NCBI GenBank assembly: GCA_050177605.1
Contig: JBFXGX010000023.1
Span: 1 to 26,739 of the forward strand
DNA length: 26,739 bases
Reading direction: 5' to 3'
Source: Candidatus Izemoplasmatales bacterium
GTDB taxonomy: Bacteria; Bacillota_I; Bacilli_A; Izemoplasmatales; Hujiaoplasmataceae
Shown: positions 1-8,761 of the stretch, one piece after another
How positions within the stretch are numbered: position 1 is the stretch's first letter
Layout of the letters: each line of letters opens with the position of its first letter
The notes under the pieces: generated by a model
What the model was told of the DNA's origin: nothing
Databases searched by the model: none
What the model saw: the letters and a program-made list of their open reading frames with translations, nothing else
Translations under genes and position numbers: made by a program

Positions 1-1
1 A

Positions 2-86
2 TGGTGCGGTTGATGGGACTTGAACCCACACGTCCGAAGGACACTACCCCCTCAAAGTAGCGCGTCTGCCATTTCGCCACAACCGC
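2..86 (-). tRNA. tRNA-Leu (anticodon GAG)
   Basis: Reverse complement is GCGGTTGTGGCGAAATGGCAGACGCGCTACTTTGAGGGGGTAGTGTCCTTCGGACGTGTGGGTTCAAGTCCCATCAACCGCACCA. It shows an acceptor stem, anticodon stem CTACT/GGTAG with GAG in the loop, a long variable arm (GTCC-TTC-GGAC), a GTTCAAGTC T-loop and an encoded CCA. Confidence 0.97.
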
Positions 87-96
87 AAGCAAGAAT

Positions 97-125
97 ATTA
101 TAATCTATTTATCTTTGTTTCACAA
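97..125 (-). promoter_or_regulatory. Putative sigma-A promoter of tRNA-Leu
   Basis: On the minus strand, TTGTGA (125-120), 17 bp, TATAAT (102-97), about 10 nt upstream of the tRNA. Confidence 0.55.
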
Positions 126-146
126 GAAAAAAGTAATATATAAAAC

Positions 147-174
147 AAAAAGGTGATTCGATAATCACCTTTTT
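147..174. terminator. Intrinsic terminator downstream of the PFK gene
   Basis: AAAAAGGTGATT-cgat-AATCACCTTTTT perfect inverted repeat with A/T tails, directly after the PFK stop codon. Confidence 0.8.
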
Positions 175-1405
175 AATATTCTAAAAATTTAAACTTCGTA
201 AATTGTTGAATCCCGTTTTTATAAACCGGTGTGTTTTCTCCTTGAATTAAAGGTAAAACATAATCTATAAACGCTTGAGTCATTCCGTTTTGCTCTTTAT
301 TAATCATTTCAAGAGGAACTTGTTTTTCAATGTTTGCACAGTCAATCAAAGGACGTAATTGATATTCGACTTCATAAATTTCTTGTTCCTTTCGATGGAG
401 CACAACCATTAAGTCAGTTTTTCCTTCCAGCAATGATCTTACCGCGAATCTTCCTACTTCAATCGCTTCATTCACGTCGGTAAGTGATTGAATATGAGAC
501 GCTGCTCTTTGTAAGGAACCAAATTCAACACTTCTTGAAGATATACCAAGATCAGTCGCAATCGTTGATGCTAGTTTAGAACTCACACCACCAAGTTGGA
601 AATGTCCAAAAGCATCTTTAAGTCCTGAACTTGAACTGATGAAGATTCCTTCACTATTCGTAATACCTTCAGATACCGCAACCAAACATTGTTTCTTTGC
701 TTTATAAACAGTCTTCACATCTTCTTTAAACTTTTCAATATCAAATGGTACTTCAGGAAGATAAATTAAATCTGGACCATAGCCATTCAAATTCGCTATT
801 GCGGAAGCGGCGGTTAGCCAACCAGCATGTCTACCCATGATTTCAACGACAGTTACTTTTCCTTTTGGATAAGCTAACATGTCATAATGGATTTCCATCA
901 TTGTATTTGCGATAAATTTTGCTGCACTACCATACCCAGGTGTATGATCAGTAAAAGGTAAATCATTATCAATCGTCTTTGGAACGCCAATAATCAAACA
1001 ATCATAATCAATGGTGGACATATAATCTGCTATTTTTGCACAGGTATCCATGGAATCATTTCCGCCATTATATAGAAAATAACGAATATTATATTTCTTA
1101 AAGATATAAAGTAAGCGAATATAATCACTATCGTCTTCTCTAAAGTCTTTTAGTTTGTGTCTAACACTACCAAAAGCACTTCCAGGCGTATGCATTAATA
1201 AATCGATTTGTTCAGGATCTTGTTTCGACATAAAAATGAAATCTTCGTTAAGCGCACCTTGAATACCGTGTCTCATACAGATGACTTCTTCAATGTATTG
1301 ATGATGTTTCTTTGCTTCAGTGATAACGCCATAGGCTGATGCGTTAATCACACTTGTAGGACCTCCAGATTGGCCATACAATAAGTTTCCTTTTAGTTTG
1401 CTCAT
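173..1405 (-). CDS. pfp: Pyrophosphate-dependent 6-phosphofructokinase (PfkA family)
   Basis: PFK motifs GQSGGPTSVIN, GGNDSMD, PKTIDNDL and EIMGRHAGW. Asp in GGND plus Lys in PKTIDND is the known signature of PPi-using PFKs. RBS AGGAG upstream. Confidence 0.88.
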   Translation of the reverse strand: MSKLKGNLLYGQSGGPTSVINASAYGVITEAKKHHQYIEEVICMRHGIQGALNEDFIFMSKQDPEQIDLLMHTPGSAFGSVRHKLKDFREDDSDYIRLLYIFKKYNIRYFLYNGGNDSMDTCAKIADYMSTIDYDCLIIGVPKTIDNDLPFTDHTPGYGSAAKFIANTMMEIHYDMLAYPKGKVTVVEIMGRHAGWLTAASAIANLNGYGPDLIYLPEVPFDIEKFKEDVKTVYKAKKQCLVAVSEGITNSEGIFISSSSGLKDAFGHFQLGGVSSKLASTIATDLGISSRSVEFGSLQRAASHIQSLTDVNEAIEVGRFAVRSLLEGKTDLMVVLHRKEQEIYEVEYQLRPLIDCANIEKQVPLEMINKEQNGMTQAFIDYVLPLIQGENTPVYKNGIQQFTKFKFLEY

Positions 1406-1616
1406 CTAACTCACTCCTTGCACTTAAACATTATAATAACAAATTATTGTGTATTAAAAAAGGCTTTTTTGCTAGAAATTGTCTGATTTAGTAAAAAAAG
1501 AACAAAAAATAGTAAAACGCTAACATTTTTGTGTGTTTTACGTGAAGTTATATCTTTTTACCAATAAAGTCTTGATGCTTACCGTATATCTTGTGTAAAA
1601 ACCAACAAGGAGGATT

Positions 1617-2363
1617 TTGAAAATGAAAAAAGGTTTAATCAAAGGTCTTATCGTCACAGGAATCGCTATTGTAGGAGTTGCGACACTCTCACTAACAAGT
1701 GTTAATGCTGAAAGTGTTTATACGACATTAAGCGATGAAACAGAAGTCATTACAACAGAAACAACTTATACATTAGAAGAAATGTTAACTTATGCAATTC
1801 AAGATGAATACTTAGCGCAAGCTGAATACAATGCAATCATTGATACATATGGTGCTGTTAAGCCATTCACGAATATTGTATTGGCTGAACAAACACACAT
1901 TAACTTACTTCTTCCATTATTTGAAACTTATGGAATTGAAGTTCCAGTGAATGATGCATATTTAAATGTTGTCATTCCTGATTCACTTACAAGTGCTTTA
2001 GCAACAGGTGTTGATGCCGAAACAGCAAACATCGCAATGTATGAAACATTCTTAGCTCAAGCAGATTTACCAGAAGATGTTGCAACAGTATTTACTTATT
2101 TAGTAAGTGCAAGCCAATCTCATCTAGATTCATTCTTAAAAGATCGTTATTCTTGCGTTGCAACAGACGTTATGAATCAAATCAAAAACCAATTTAAAAA
2201 AGCATTTGGTGGTGAAAATGGTTCAGGTACTGGAGAAGGATCAGGAAACCAATATAAAGGTTCAAATGGTCAAGGTGGGCAAGGTTCAAAAGGAACTGGC
2301 TCAGGTTATGCTTATAAGGGAACAAACGGCAACGATGGCGTTTGTACAGATCCTGTCCTATAA
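1617..2363 (+). CDS. Secreted ferritin-like protein (DUF2202-like) with Gly-rich C-terminal tail
   Basis: Signal peptide (KKGLIKGLIV...VNA). Ferritin-like helices with DEYLAQAEY, PFTNIVLAEQTH, ETANIAMY and ASQSHL. G/S/N/K-rich tail. RBS AGGAGGA before a TTG start (ATG at 1623 is an alternative). Confidence 0.75.
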   Translation: MKMKKGLIKGLIVTGIAIVGVATLSLTSVNAESVYTTLSDETEVITTETTYTLEEMLTYAIQDEYLAQAEYNAIIDTYGAVKPFTNIVLAEQTHINLLLPLFETYGIEVPVNDAYLNVVIPDSLTSALATGVDAETANIAMYETFLAQADLPEDVATVFTYLVSASQSHLDSFLKDRYSCVATDVMNQIKNQFKKAFGGENGSGTGEGSGNQYKGSNGQGGQGSKGTGSGYAYKGTNGNDGVCTDPVL

Positions 2364-2389
2364 TATTCTTCATTCTCTTTCTTAATAAG

Positions 2390-2418
2390 AAATAGTGGCC
2401 CCCAATCCACTATTTTTT
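2390..2418 (+). terminator. Intrinsic terminator
   Basis: AAATAGTGG-cccccaat-CCACTATTT followed by a T-run, just after the stop at 2363. Confidence 0.75.
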
Positions 2419-2528
2419 ATTTTTTATTAATAGCAATAATCGATCATTGTTTTCCAATAATAATGGAAATAAATTCAATCAATATGATATAATTATCAAT
2501 GAAAAAAATGAAAATGAGAGAATGCATA

Positions 2529-3110
2529 ATGATGTTTACAAAACAAGATGTAGTACAGTTTTTTGATGAAGCTGCACCAACGTGGGACCAAAATGAAATC
2601 AACCAATCAGAAGTCATTAATATAATACTAGATCATGCCTTTGTCGCTGACAAAAATGTTCTTGATGTCGCTTGTGGTACGGGGGTGTTATTTTCATATT
2701 ATGCGTCAAGAAACTGCAGCGTTACCGCACTAGATATTTCCTCAGAAATGGTAAAAATAGCCAAAGAAAAAGTCAAAAGTTCTTCTATCCAAGTAATTCA
2801 TAATTCTTTCGAAGATTACGAAAGTCAAGAGCTTTTTGATATCGTCATGATTTTTAATGCCTTCCCTCACTTTACTGATTATCAACAAACAATTAAGAAG
2901 GCTTTGTCACTAACAAAAAAGAATGGGATGGTCTCAATTGCCCATTCCTATAGCAAAAAGCAGATTGACGATATCCATCATCGAAAAGCGAACAAAATCA
3001 GTCAACTTCTGCCAAACACAAGCGACTTAATCGCAATGTTCCCAAAATCAGCAACGCTTGTTTATGAGATTAGCAACGATATAATGTATCAAGTCGTCTT
3101 TCGGAACTAG
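2529..3110 (+). CDS. Class I SAM-dependent methyltransferase
   Basis: FFDEAAPTWD N-terminus, motif I VLDVACGTG, ALDISSEM, FDIVMIFNAFPHF. Start is uncertain (2499/2514/2529/2532); 2529 was chosen for the GAGAG RBS and the upstream TGATATAAT -10 box. Confidence 0.85.
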   Translation: MMFTKQDVVQFFDEAAPTWDQNEINQSEVINIILDHAFVADKNVLDVACGTGVLFSYYASRNCSVTALDISSEMVKIAKEKVKSSSIQVIHNSFEDYESQELFDIVMIFNAFPHFTDYQQTIKKALSLTKKNGMVSIAHSYSKKQIDDIHHRKANKISQLLPNTSDLIAMFPKSATLVYEISNDIMYQVVFRN

Positions 3111-3119
3111 GGCATTTTA

Positions 3120-3133
3120 TGGAATTGTTTCCA
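3120..3133. promoter_or_regulatory. Putative LacI-family operator upstream of the lacI-family gene
   Basis: TGGAATTGTTTCCA palindrome-like site, similar to TGGAAACCTTTCCA at 4265-4278. Confidence 0.5.
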
Positions 3134-3190
3134 CAAAATGTACTCGTTCTTCTCTTTTTATGATAAAATGAATTGAATGAAGGTGAGATT

Positions 3191-4171
3191 ATGCCAAACA
3201 TAAAGGATATAGCTAAAAGAGCAGGTGTGGGCATTGGAACCGTATCTAGAGTTATTAATAATTCAGGATATGTCAAAAAAGAAACACGTGATAAAGTTGA
3301 AAAAATTATCAAAGAAACTAATTATATGCCAAATGAGATTGCTAGAAGTATGACTACCCAACGGAATAACATTGTTGCATTTATCTTACCGAATAGTATG
3401 CATCTTTTTTTTGGTGAACTTCTCTATCATGTTGAAGAAGAACTATTTAAGTCCGGTTATAAAGTAATGCTCTGCAATTCAAGTCAAAAAATCGAAAAAG
3501 AGATTGTTTATTTAGATATGCTAAAAAATAATCGTGTTGATGCTGTTATTCTACTCACAAACAATGATGTAGAAAAATATTTAGATAAATCCTTACCCAT
3601 CTTATCCTTTGACCGTAAATTTGAGGGTGTTCCATATGTAGCCAGTGATAACTATCAAGGGGGCGTCATTGCCGCTAAGGAATTGATTGCACGTGGTTGT
3701 AAACATTTTATGTTTATTGGTGATGATGCACAAGGAGAACACACCAAGGTACAAACTGAAGTTACCAACCGTCGTCTAGGGTATTTAGAATATCTTAAGA
3801 ATCAAAATATACAAAATGTTGTCAGTATCGAATATCCACTAGGTGACTATTTTATTACAAGTGACGTCATTTATGAAATGATTAAAAACTATCCAGATGT
3901 AGATGGTCTTTTTACTGTATCAGACGCGGTCGCTTTTGCATCGATCCAAGCACTAGAAAGAATGGGTAAAAGAGTTCCTGAAGATGTAAAAGTAATCGGT
4001 TTTGATGGTGGCAGATCGTTCCTTAATTTAGGAAAAAGAATTACTTCTATCGCTCAATCTCCAAAGTTAATTGCTGAAGCAATCTCTGAAATGATTTCTC
4101 TTTTTTATTCGAAACAACAGATATCAAATAAAATTATTCCAGTACATCTAGAGTTGGGCGAAACTACATAA
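3191..4171 (+). CDS. LacI-family transcriptional regulator
   Basis: N-terminal HTH NIKDIAKRAGVGIGTVSRVIN, hinge YMPNEIARSM, and sugar-binding domain (SDNYQGG, RVPEDVKVIGFD). RBS AAGGTGA before ATG 3191. Confidence 0.95.
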   Translation: MPNIKDIAKRAGVGIGTVSRVINNSGYVKKETRDKVEKIIKETNYMPNEIARSMTTQRNNIVAFILPNSMHLFFGELLYHVEEELFKSGYKVMLCNSSQKIEKEIVYLDMLKNNRVDAVILLTNNDVEKYLDKSLPILSFDRKFEGVPYVASDNYQGGVIAAKELIARGCKHFMFIGDDAQGEHTKVQTEVTNRRLGYLEYLKNQNIQNVVSIEYPLGDYFITSDVIYEMIKNYPDVDGLFTVSDAVAFASIQALERMGKRVPEDVKVIGFDGGRSFLNLGKRITSIAQSPKLIAEAISEMISLFYSKQQISNKIIPVHLELGETT

Positions 4172-4198
4172 AAAGATATTTTTTATTAAAATTTCTAT

Positions 4199-4227
4199 TT
4201 GACAACGCTTTCAAAGGGTGTTATAAT
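4199..4227 (+). promoter_or_regulatory. Consensus sigma-A promoter of the sugar operon, with an overlapping cre-like site
   Basis: TTGACA (4199-4204), 17 bp, TATAAT (4222-4227), with extended -10 TG at 4219-4220. Positions 4200-4213 read TGAAAGCGTTGTCA on the minus strand, matching the cre/LacI-type consensus TGNAANCGNWNNCA. Confidence 0.85.
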
Positions 4228-4264
4228 CGATTTTGTAGGAGTACTATATTTTTTTATAGTGATG

Positions 4265-4278
4265 TGGAAACCTTTCCA
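4265..4278. promoter_or_regulatory. Putative LacI-family operator
   Basis: Palindrome TGGAAA-CC-TTTCCA between the promoter and the RBS (GAGGA) of the first operon gene. Confidence 0.65.
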
Positions 4279-4297
4279 TATAGAAAGAGAGGACGTT

Positions 4298-5233
4298 ATG
4301 AATTTTCAGCAATCAATTCCTATGACAGGGAATAAATCTATTGATGTTTTATTCGTTGGTGAAATTCTTGTTGATATCATATCTGATGCAGATACTTCTA
4401 CTGTAAAAAAATATTATGGTGGCAGTCCAGCTAATATTGCGCTCAATATGAAACGCTTAGGTTCTCAAGTCAAATTATACAGTGCCGTTGGGAACGATTT
4501 AGATGGTGAGTTTTTAGAACAACAATTAAAATCATTGGAAATCCCCTATCATTTGGATCATGTTATTGGTTCTACTTCGACTGTAGAAATCAACAAAAGC
4601 AATACCACTCCGATTCCTACATTTCATCGTGATGCAGACTACAAAATCGAATTATCAAATGAATTAATCAACGATATTGATCACTCGAAAATACTTCACT
4701 TTTCTTATTGGCCAATTTCAATGGACTCATCTAGGCAAGTGATTTATCAATTAATAAAAGAATCAAAAAAGAATAAAACTGTAATCGGTTTCGACCCAAA
4801 TTATCATAATTTAATAGACAATTTAGAAAGAAAGGGTTTACAATCATTAAAAGAGATTCTATCTTACGTCGATATTATTAAACCTAGCTTAGATGATTCA
4901 ATACGAATTTTTGGTGAAGGATTTACAATTCATGAATATCTCGACAAATTTCAAGAATTAGGATGTCAGTTAATCATCATGACATTAGGAAATCAAGGAT
5001 TAATTGCAAAATACAAGGATTCCGTTATTTCCTTTCCTTCTAAAGCAACAGAGGTTATTGATACAACTGGCGCTGGAGATGCTTTCTGGAGTGGCTTATA
5101 TGCAGGAATAACTGATTCACTATCACTAGAAACATCCATTCAGCTTGGTTTACTATGTAGTGCTTATAATTTGCGAGTTGTCGGTGCAGATGCATTCTTA
5201 CCACCACTTGAAGTTTTAAAAAAAGAACTGTAA
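4298..5233 (+). CDS. PfkB-family carbohydrate kinase (probable fructokinase)
   Basis: GGSPANIA, VGNDLDG, FDPNY and the PfkB signature DTTGAGDAFWSG. RBS GAGGA precedes ATG 4298; the ORF-track start at 4199 is the -35 box. Confidence 0.9.
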   Translation: MNFQQSIPMTGNKSIDVLFVGEILVDIISDADTSTVKKYYGGSPANIALNMKRLGSQVKLYSAVGNDLDGEFLEQQLKSLEIPYHLDHVIGSTSTVEINKSNTTPIPTFHRDADYKIELSNELINDIDHSKILHFSYWPISMDSSRQVIYQLIKESKKNKTVIGFDPNYHNLIDNLERKGLQSLKEILSYVDIIKPSLDDSIRIFGEGFTIHEYLDKFQELGCQLIIMTLGNQGLIAKYKDSVISFPSKATEVIDTTGAGDAFWSGLYAGITDSLSLETSIQLGLLCSAYNLRVVGADAFLPPLEVLKKEL

Positions 5234-5247
5234 AGGATGGAAACTCT

Positions 5248-6708
5248 ATGTATATCGTATTTATAAACCCTCAAGGTAATTTTGACCACAATGACTCCTA
5301 TTGGACAATGCATCCCGATTTTGGTGGACAATTAGTGTATGTAAAAGAAATCGCAATGGCTCTTTCTAGTCTTGGGCATCAAGTGGATATCATCACTCGT
5401 CAATTTGATGATTCACGTTTCCCAGAATTTAAAGAACAATTTGATTATTATGATAACACAAAGAATCCTCGTATCGTTCGTATCCCTTGTGGTCCTACTT
5501 CTTTTCTAAACAAAGAAGATTTATGGCCACTTCTAGAAGAATGGGTAACCAATATTGTGCACTTTTTTGAATCAAATCATCAATATCCAGATTTTATCAC
5601 TGGACATTATGGAGACGGTGGCATAGCGAGTGCTCTTTTGAAATCCAAAATTCATCGCCCTTATTCACTTACGGGGCATAGCCTCGGTGCTCAGAAATTA
5701 GAGAAACTAGGCGCAACGAAATCAACTTATGAATCATTAGATCATAAATATCACTTTACAAAGCGATTACTCGCAGAAAGAAATGCAATTTTAAATGCGG
5801 ATCTCCTCTTTGTTTCAACCAAACAAGAACGCGATGAACAATATACTCATGAACTATATTTAGATGTTGCGAAGGATGTTTTTGACCGTAAAGCTTTTGT
5901 CATCAGTCCTCCTGGCGCTAATACTACAACATTTACTTCAAACCCATCCAGTTTGGATCCATCCATATTTAGTCGTCTTGAAAAAGTACTTGAAAGAGAC
6001 ATTCTTCCTTCAAGACGTGATTTACCTTATCTTGTTCTTGCAAGTAGACTTGATCCTAAGAAGAATCATCTTGGTGTACTGAGAGCATATGCTGAGGATA
6101 CATCTTTACAAGAACAAGTGAATATTGCAATTTCTCTAAGAGGTATTGAAAATGCATTTGTCGATTTCTCAAGTGCTAAAAATGATGAACTTGAAATTTT
6201 GACTGAAATGATGCAAATCATCAAAGAATCCCACCTCGAAGGTCATATATCTTTCTTAAGTATTAATTCCCAACAAGAACTAGCCTCTTTTTATCGTTTA
6301 TCCGCGAAAAAGAAATCCATTTTTGTACTCACGAGTCTTTATGAGCCATTCGGACTCGCTCCAATTGAAGCGATGTCTAGTGGACTTCCAGCAGTAGTTA
6401 CTAAAAATGGAGGTCCTGCCGATGTCCTTTATGAAAATGAAGTAGCCTACGGCATTTTAGTGGATCCGTTTGATACAGTAGATATTGCTAAAGGAATTCA
6501 TAAAATGTTAAAGAATTATGAATATTATCAACAGGCTGGAAAAAAACGTGTTCATGATAAATATACTTGGAATGCAACAGCTCTTGCATATATCAATGCG
6601 ATGAAAAATCTTGGGACTACCGCAAGGATCAATTTAGATTTATCTCTTGAACAAGAAAATAAACTTAAAAAAAGGATTCTTTCCTTTTTACCAGATAAAG
6701 GGGTGTGA
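5248..6708 (+). CDS. GT4 glycosyltransferase, stand-alone sucrose-phosphate synthase-like
   Basis: FINPQGNFD..DSYWT.HPDFGGQLVYVKE, VDIITR, HYGDGG, TGHSLG.QK, SRLDPKKN and YEPFGLAPIEAM. From memory this closely resembles the single-domain Halothermothrix orenii SPS. There is no C-terminal HAD/SPP domain. Confidence 0.85.
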   Translation: MYIVFINPQGNFDHNDSYWTMHPDFGGQLVYVKEIAMALSSLGHQVDIITRQFDDSRFPEFKEQFDYYDNTKNPRIVRIPCGPTSFLNKEDLWPLLEEWVTNIVHFFESNHQYPDFITGHYGDGGIASALLKSKIHRPYSLTGHSLGAQKLEKLGATKSTYESLDHKYHFTKRLLAERNAILNADLLFVSTKQERDEQYTHELYLDVAKDVFDRKAFVISPPGANTTTFTSNPSSLDPSIFSRLEKVLERDILPSRRDLPYLVLASRLDPKKNHLGVLRAYAEDTSLQEQVNIAISLRGIENAFVDFSSAKNDELEILTEMMQIIKESHLEGHISFLSINSQQELASFYRLSAKKKSIFVLTSLYEPFGLAPIEAMSSGLPAVVTKNGGPADVLYENEVAYGILVDPFDTVDIAKGIHKMLKNYEYYQQAGKKRVHDKYTWNATALAYINAMKNLGTTARINLDLSLEQENKLKKRILSFLPDKGV

Positions 6709-6710
6709 AT

Positions 6711-7883
6711 ATGAAAGTAGATGCAAATAGAATTGACCAATTCTCTAAAAAATTTCTACATTTTCTCGTAAACTTCATCATTTTCATTATTGGAATACTG
6801 TTTGTTTTGATTATTCGTCCGTTCATTAGTCTTTTTCAATGGGTAAATAATACAACGAATAAAGTATCCATAGACGAACAATCAAAACAAAGACGTGATC
6901 AATCAAAAACTGAATACTCCTCGTATTTTATGAGAGAGTTAACACGTAAGTACACGGGGAACAACGAACAAGCTCAAAATAATCGAGTATTCATTTACTT
7001 TTTAGTTCCTTCCTTTACTGCATTTACAATCTTTGTCATCGTTCCATTCTTTATGGGTATCTATTATTCGATGACTGATTGGAATGGAATCAATACTGGT
7101 AGACAAAGTTTTATTGGATTCCAAAACTATATTGGAATCTTCAATGATGCTCAGTTCGTCTACTCATTCTTAAGAACCGTTCTCTACTCTGTTCTCAACA
7201 TTGTCGTAATTAATCTTGTTGCCTTTGGCCTTGCTTTACTCGTAACTCAAAATCTAAAACTTAAAAACGTTTATCGTGCTGGATTTTTCATGCCAAACTT
7301 AATTGGTGGTTTAGTCCTTGGTTATATTTGGCAATTCATGTACAATAAGGCGTTTACCGCGCTAGGTGGTGTTTTCACACACAGTATTATTGCTTCTGGT
7401 GATTACTCTCATGGAATGTTGGCACTAATTATCGTCGTAACATGGCAATATGCAGGATACATTATGATGATTTATATTGCAGCTATCCAAAACGTTCCAC
7501 AGGATTTAGTTGAAGCTTCTACTATTGATGGTGCAAATGCTTTTCAAAGGCTTCGTCATGTAGTGTTCCCACTTGTGATGCAAGCATTCACTGTTGCTTT
7601 ATTCTTAACCCTTGTTACTTCATTTAAACAATTCGATACCATTGTCTCCTTAACGAACGGTGATCCTGTTGGGGTCATGCCTTCTTGGTTATCGGACTTA
7701 TTCGGTTTGGGTGTAACGCCAGTGAAAGAACTTAACTTAATCGCAAGAAACATTTATAATTCAGCATTTGTAGACTATGAAATGGGTGTTGGCCAAGCAA
7801 AAGCGATTGTTTTCTTTATTGTTCTACTATTCTTCTCCATCTTACAAGTTAATTACACGAAAAAGAAAGAGGTGGAATTATAA
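6711..7883 (+). CDS. Carbohydrate ABC transporter permease (MalF/UgpA-like) with N-terminal extension
   Basis: Multiple TM segments, FIGFQNY, and EAA loop LVEASTIDGAN.FQR. Start is ATG 6711 (RBS AAGGGG) or GTG 6705. Confidence 0.92.
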   Translation: MKVDANRIDQFSKKFLHFLVNFIIFIIGILFVLIIRPFISLFQWVNNTTNKVSIDEQSKQRRDQSKTEYSSYFMRELTRKYTGNNEQAQNNRVFIYFLVPSFTAFTIFVIVPFFMGIYYSMTDWNGINTGRQSFIGFQNYIGIFNDAQFVYSFLRTVLYSVLNIVVINLVAFGLALLVTQNLKLKNVYRAGFFMPNLIGGLVLGYIWQFMYNKAFTALGGVFTHSIIASGDYSHGMLALIIVVTWQYAGYIMMIYIAAIQNVPQDLVEASTIDGANAFQRLRHVVFPLVMQAFTVALFLTLVTSFKQFDTIVSLTNGDPVGVMPSWLSDLFGLGVTPVKELNLIARNIYNSAFVDYEMGVGQAKAIVFFIVLLFFSILQVNYTKKKEVEL

Positions 7884-8740
7884 TGTCTAGTAAAAAAATC
7901 AACTTGATGACACTCGAGATATTTACCTTTCTACTTCTTGTCCTGTTCTTTTTACCGTTTGTTATTCTATTGATTAACGCAGGGAAAACAAGTCAAGAAA
8001 TCATTAATACTCCAATCGCATTACCATCCAATATTGTTCAATATTATACGAATATAAAAACTGTCTTCACAAACCAAAACGTCAAATATTTTAGCGGATT
8101 CCTTAATAGCCTGATCATTACTTCTGTTAGTTTAGTAGCTATTGGCGTGTTTAGTGGAATGGCTGCTTGGGTTCTTGTACGTACTAAAACAAAATATTCA
8201 TATCTAATCTTCCTGTTCTTTTTAAGTGGTATGGTTATTCCATTCCAAGTGGTTATGTTACCACTCGTAAGATTATTACAAATTATTACAGACACTACTG
8301 GCATTCCAATGAAAGATAGTTATCAAGGCGTTATTCTTGCGTATATCGGATTTGGTGCTCCACTTAGTATCTTCTTGTTTCACGGGTTTATAAAGTCAAT
8401 TCCGATGGATATTGAAGAGGCAGCTACGATTGACGGATGCTCGAAACCACAATTGTTCTTTCGAATCATTTTACCTATATTAAAGCCAATCTTTGTTACT
8501 TTATTAGTTCTCAACGGTATGTGGATTTGGAATGACTACTTACTCCCAGTGTTAATTATCGGCGTCAATGGCAAGGTACGAACCTTACCTCTATCCGTAG
8601 CGAACCTTGCTGGATCATACGTTCGTGAGTGGGACCAAATTATTACAAGCGTTGTTTTAGCAGCTTTACCAGTAATTATCTTATTCTTATTTGCTCAAAA
8701 ACATATTATTAAAGGTATGACTTCTGGGGCAATTAAATAG
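7883..8740 (+). CDS. Carbohydrate ABC transporter permease (MalG/UgpE-like)
   Basis: FLNSLIIT, EAA loop IEEAATIDGCS, WNDYLLP and IIKGMTSGAIK. Translationally coupled to the previous gene (TAATG). Confidence 0.93.
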   Translation: MSSKKINLMTLEIFTFLLLVLFFLPFVILLINAGKTSQEIINTPIALPSNIVQYYTNIKTVFTNQNVKYFSGFLNSLIITSVSLVAIGVFSGMAAWVLVRTKTKYSYLIFLFFLSGMVIPFQVVMLPLVRLLQIITDTTGIPMKDSYQGVILAYIGFGAPLSIFLFHGFIKSIPMDIEEAATIDGCSKPQLFFRIILPILKPIFVTLLVLNGMWIWNDYLLPVLIIGVNGKVRTLPLSVANLAGSYVREWDQIITSVVLAALPVIILFLFAQKHIIKGMTSGAIK

Positions 8741-8761
8741 CAACAGATCAAGGAGTTCTCA

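Noticed and set aside
2..86. tRNA-Leu as integration site for the accessory region
   Set aside because: Its 3' end points out of the window, the neighbouring genes look like core genes, and no duplicated 3' fragment was seen.
4199..4297. ORF-track N-terminal extension of the PfkB kinase
   Set aside because: The TTG is the -35 hexamer, and the region holds the promoter, operator and the true RBS.
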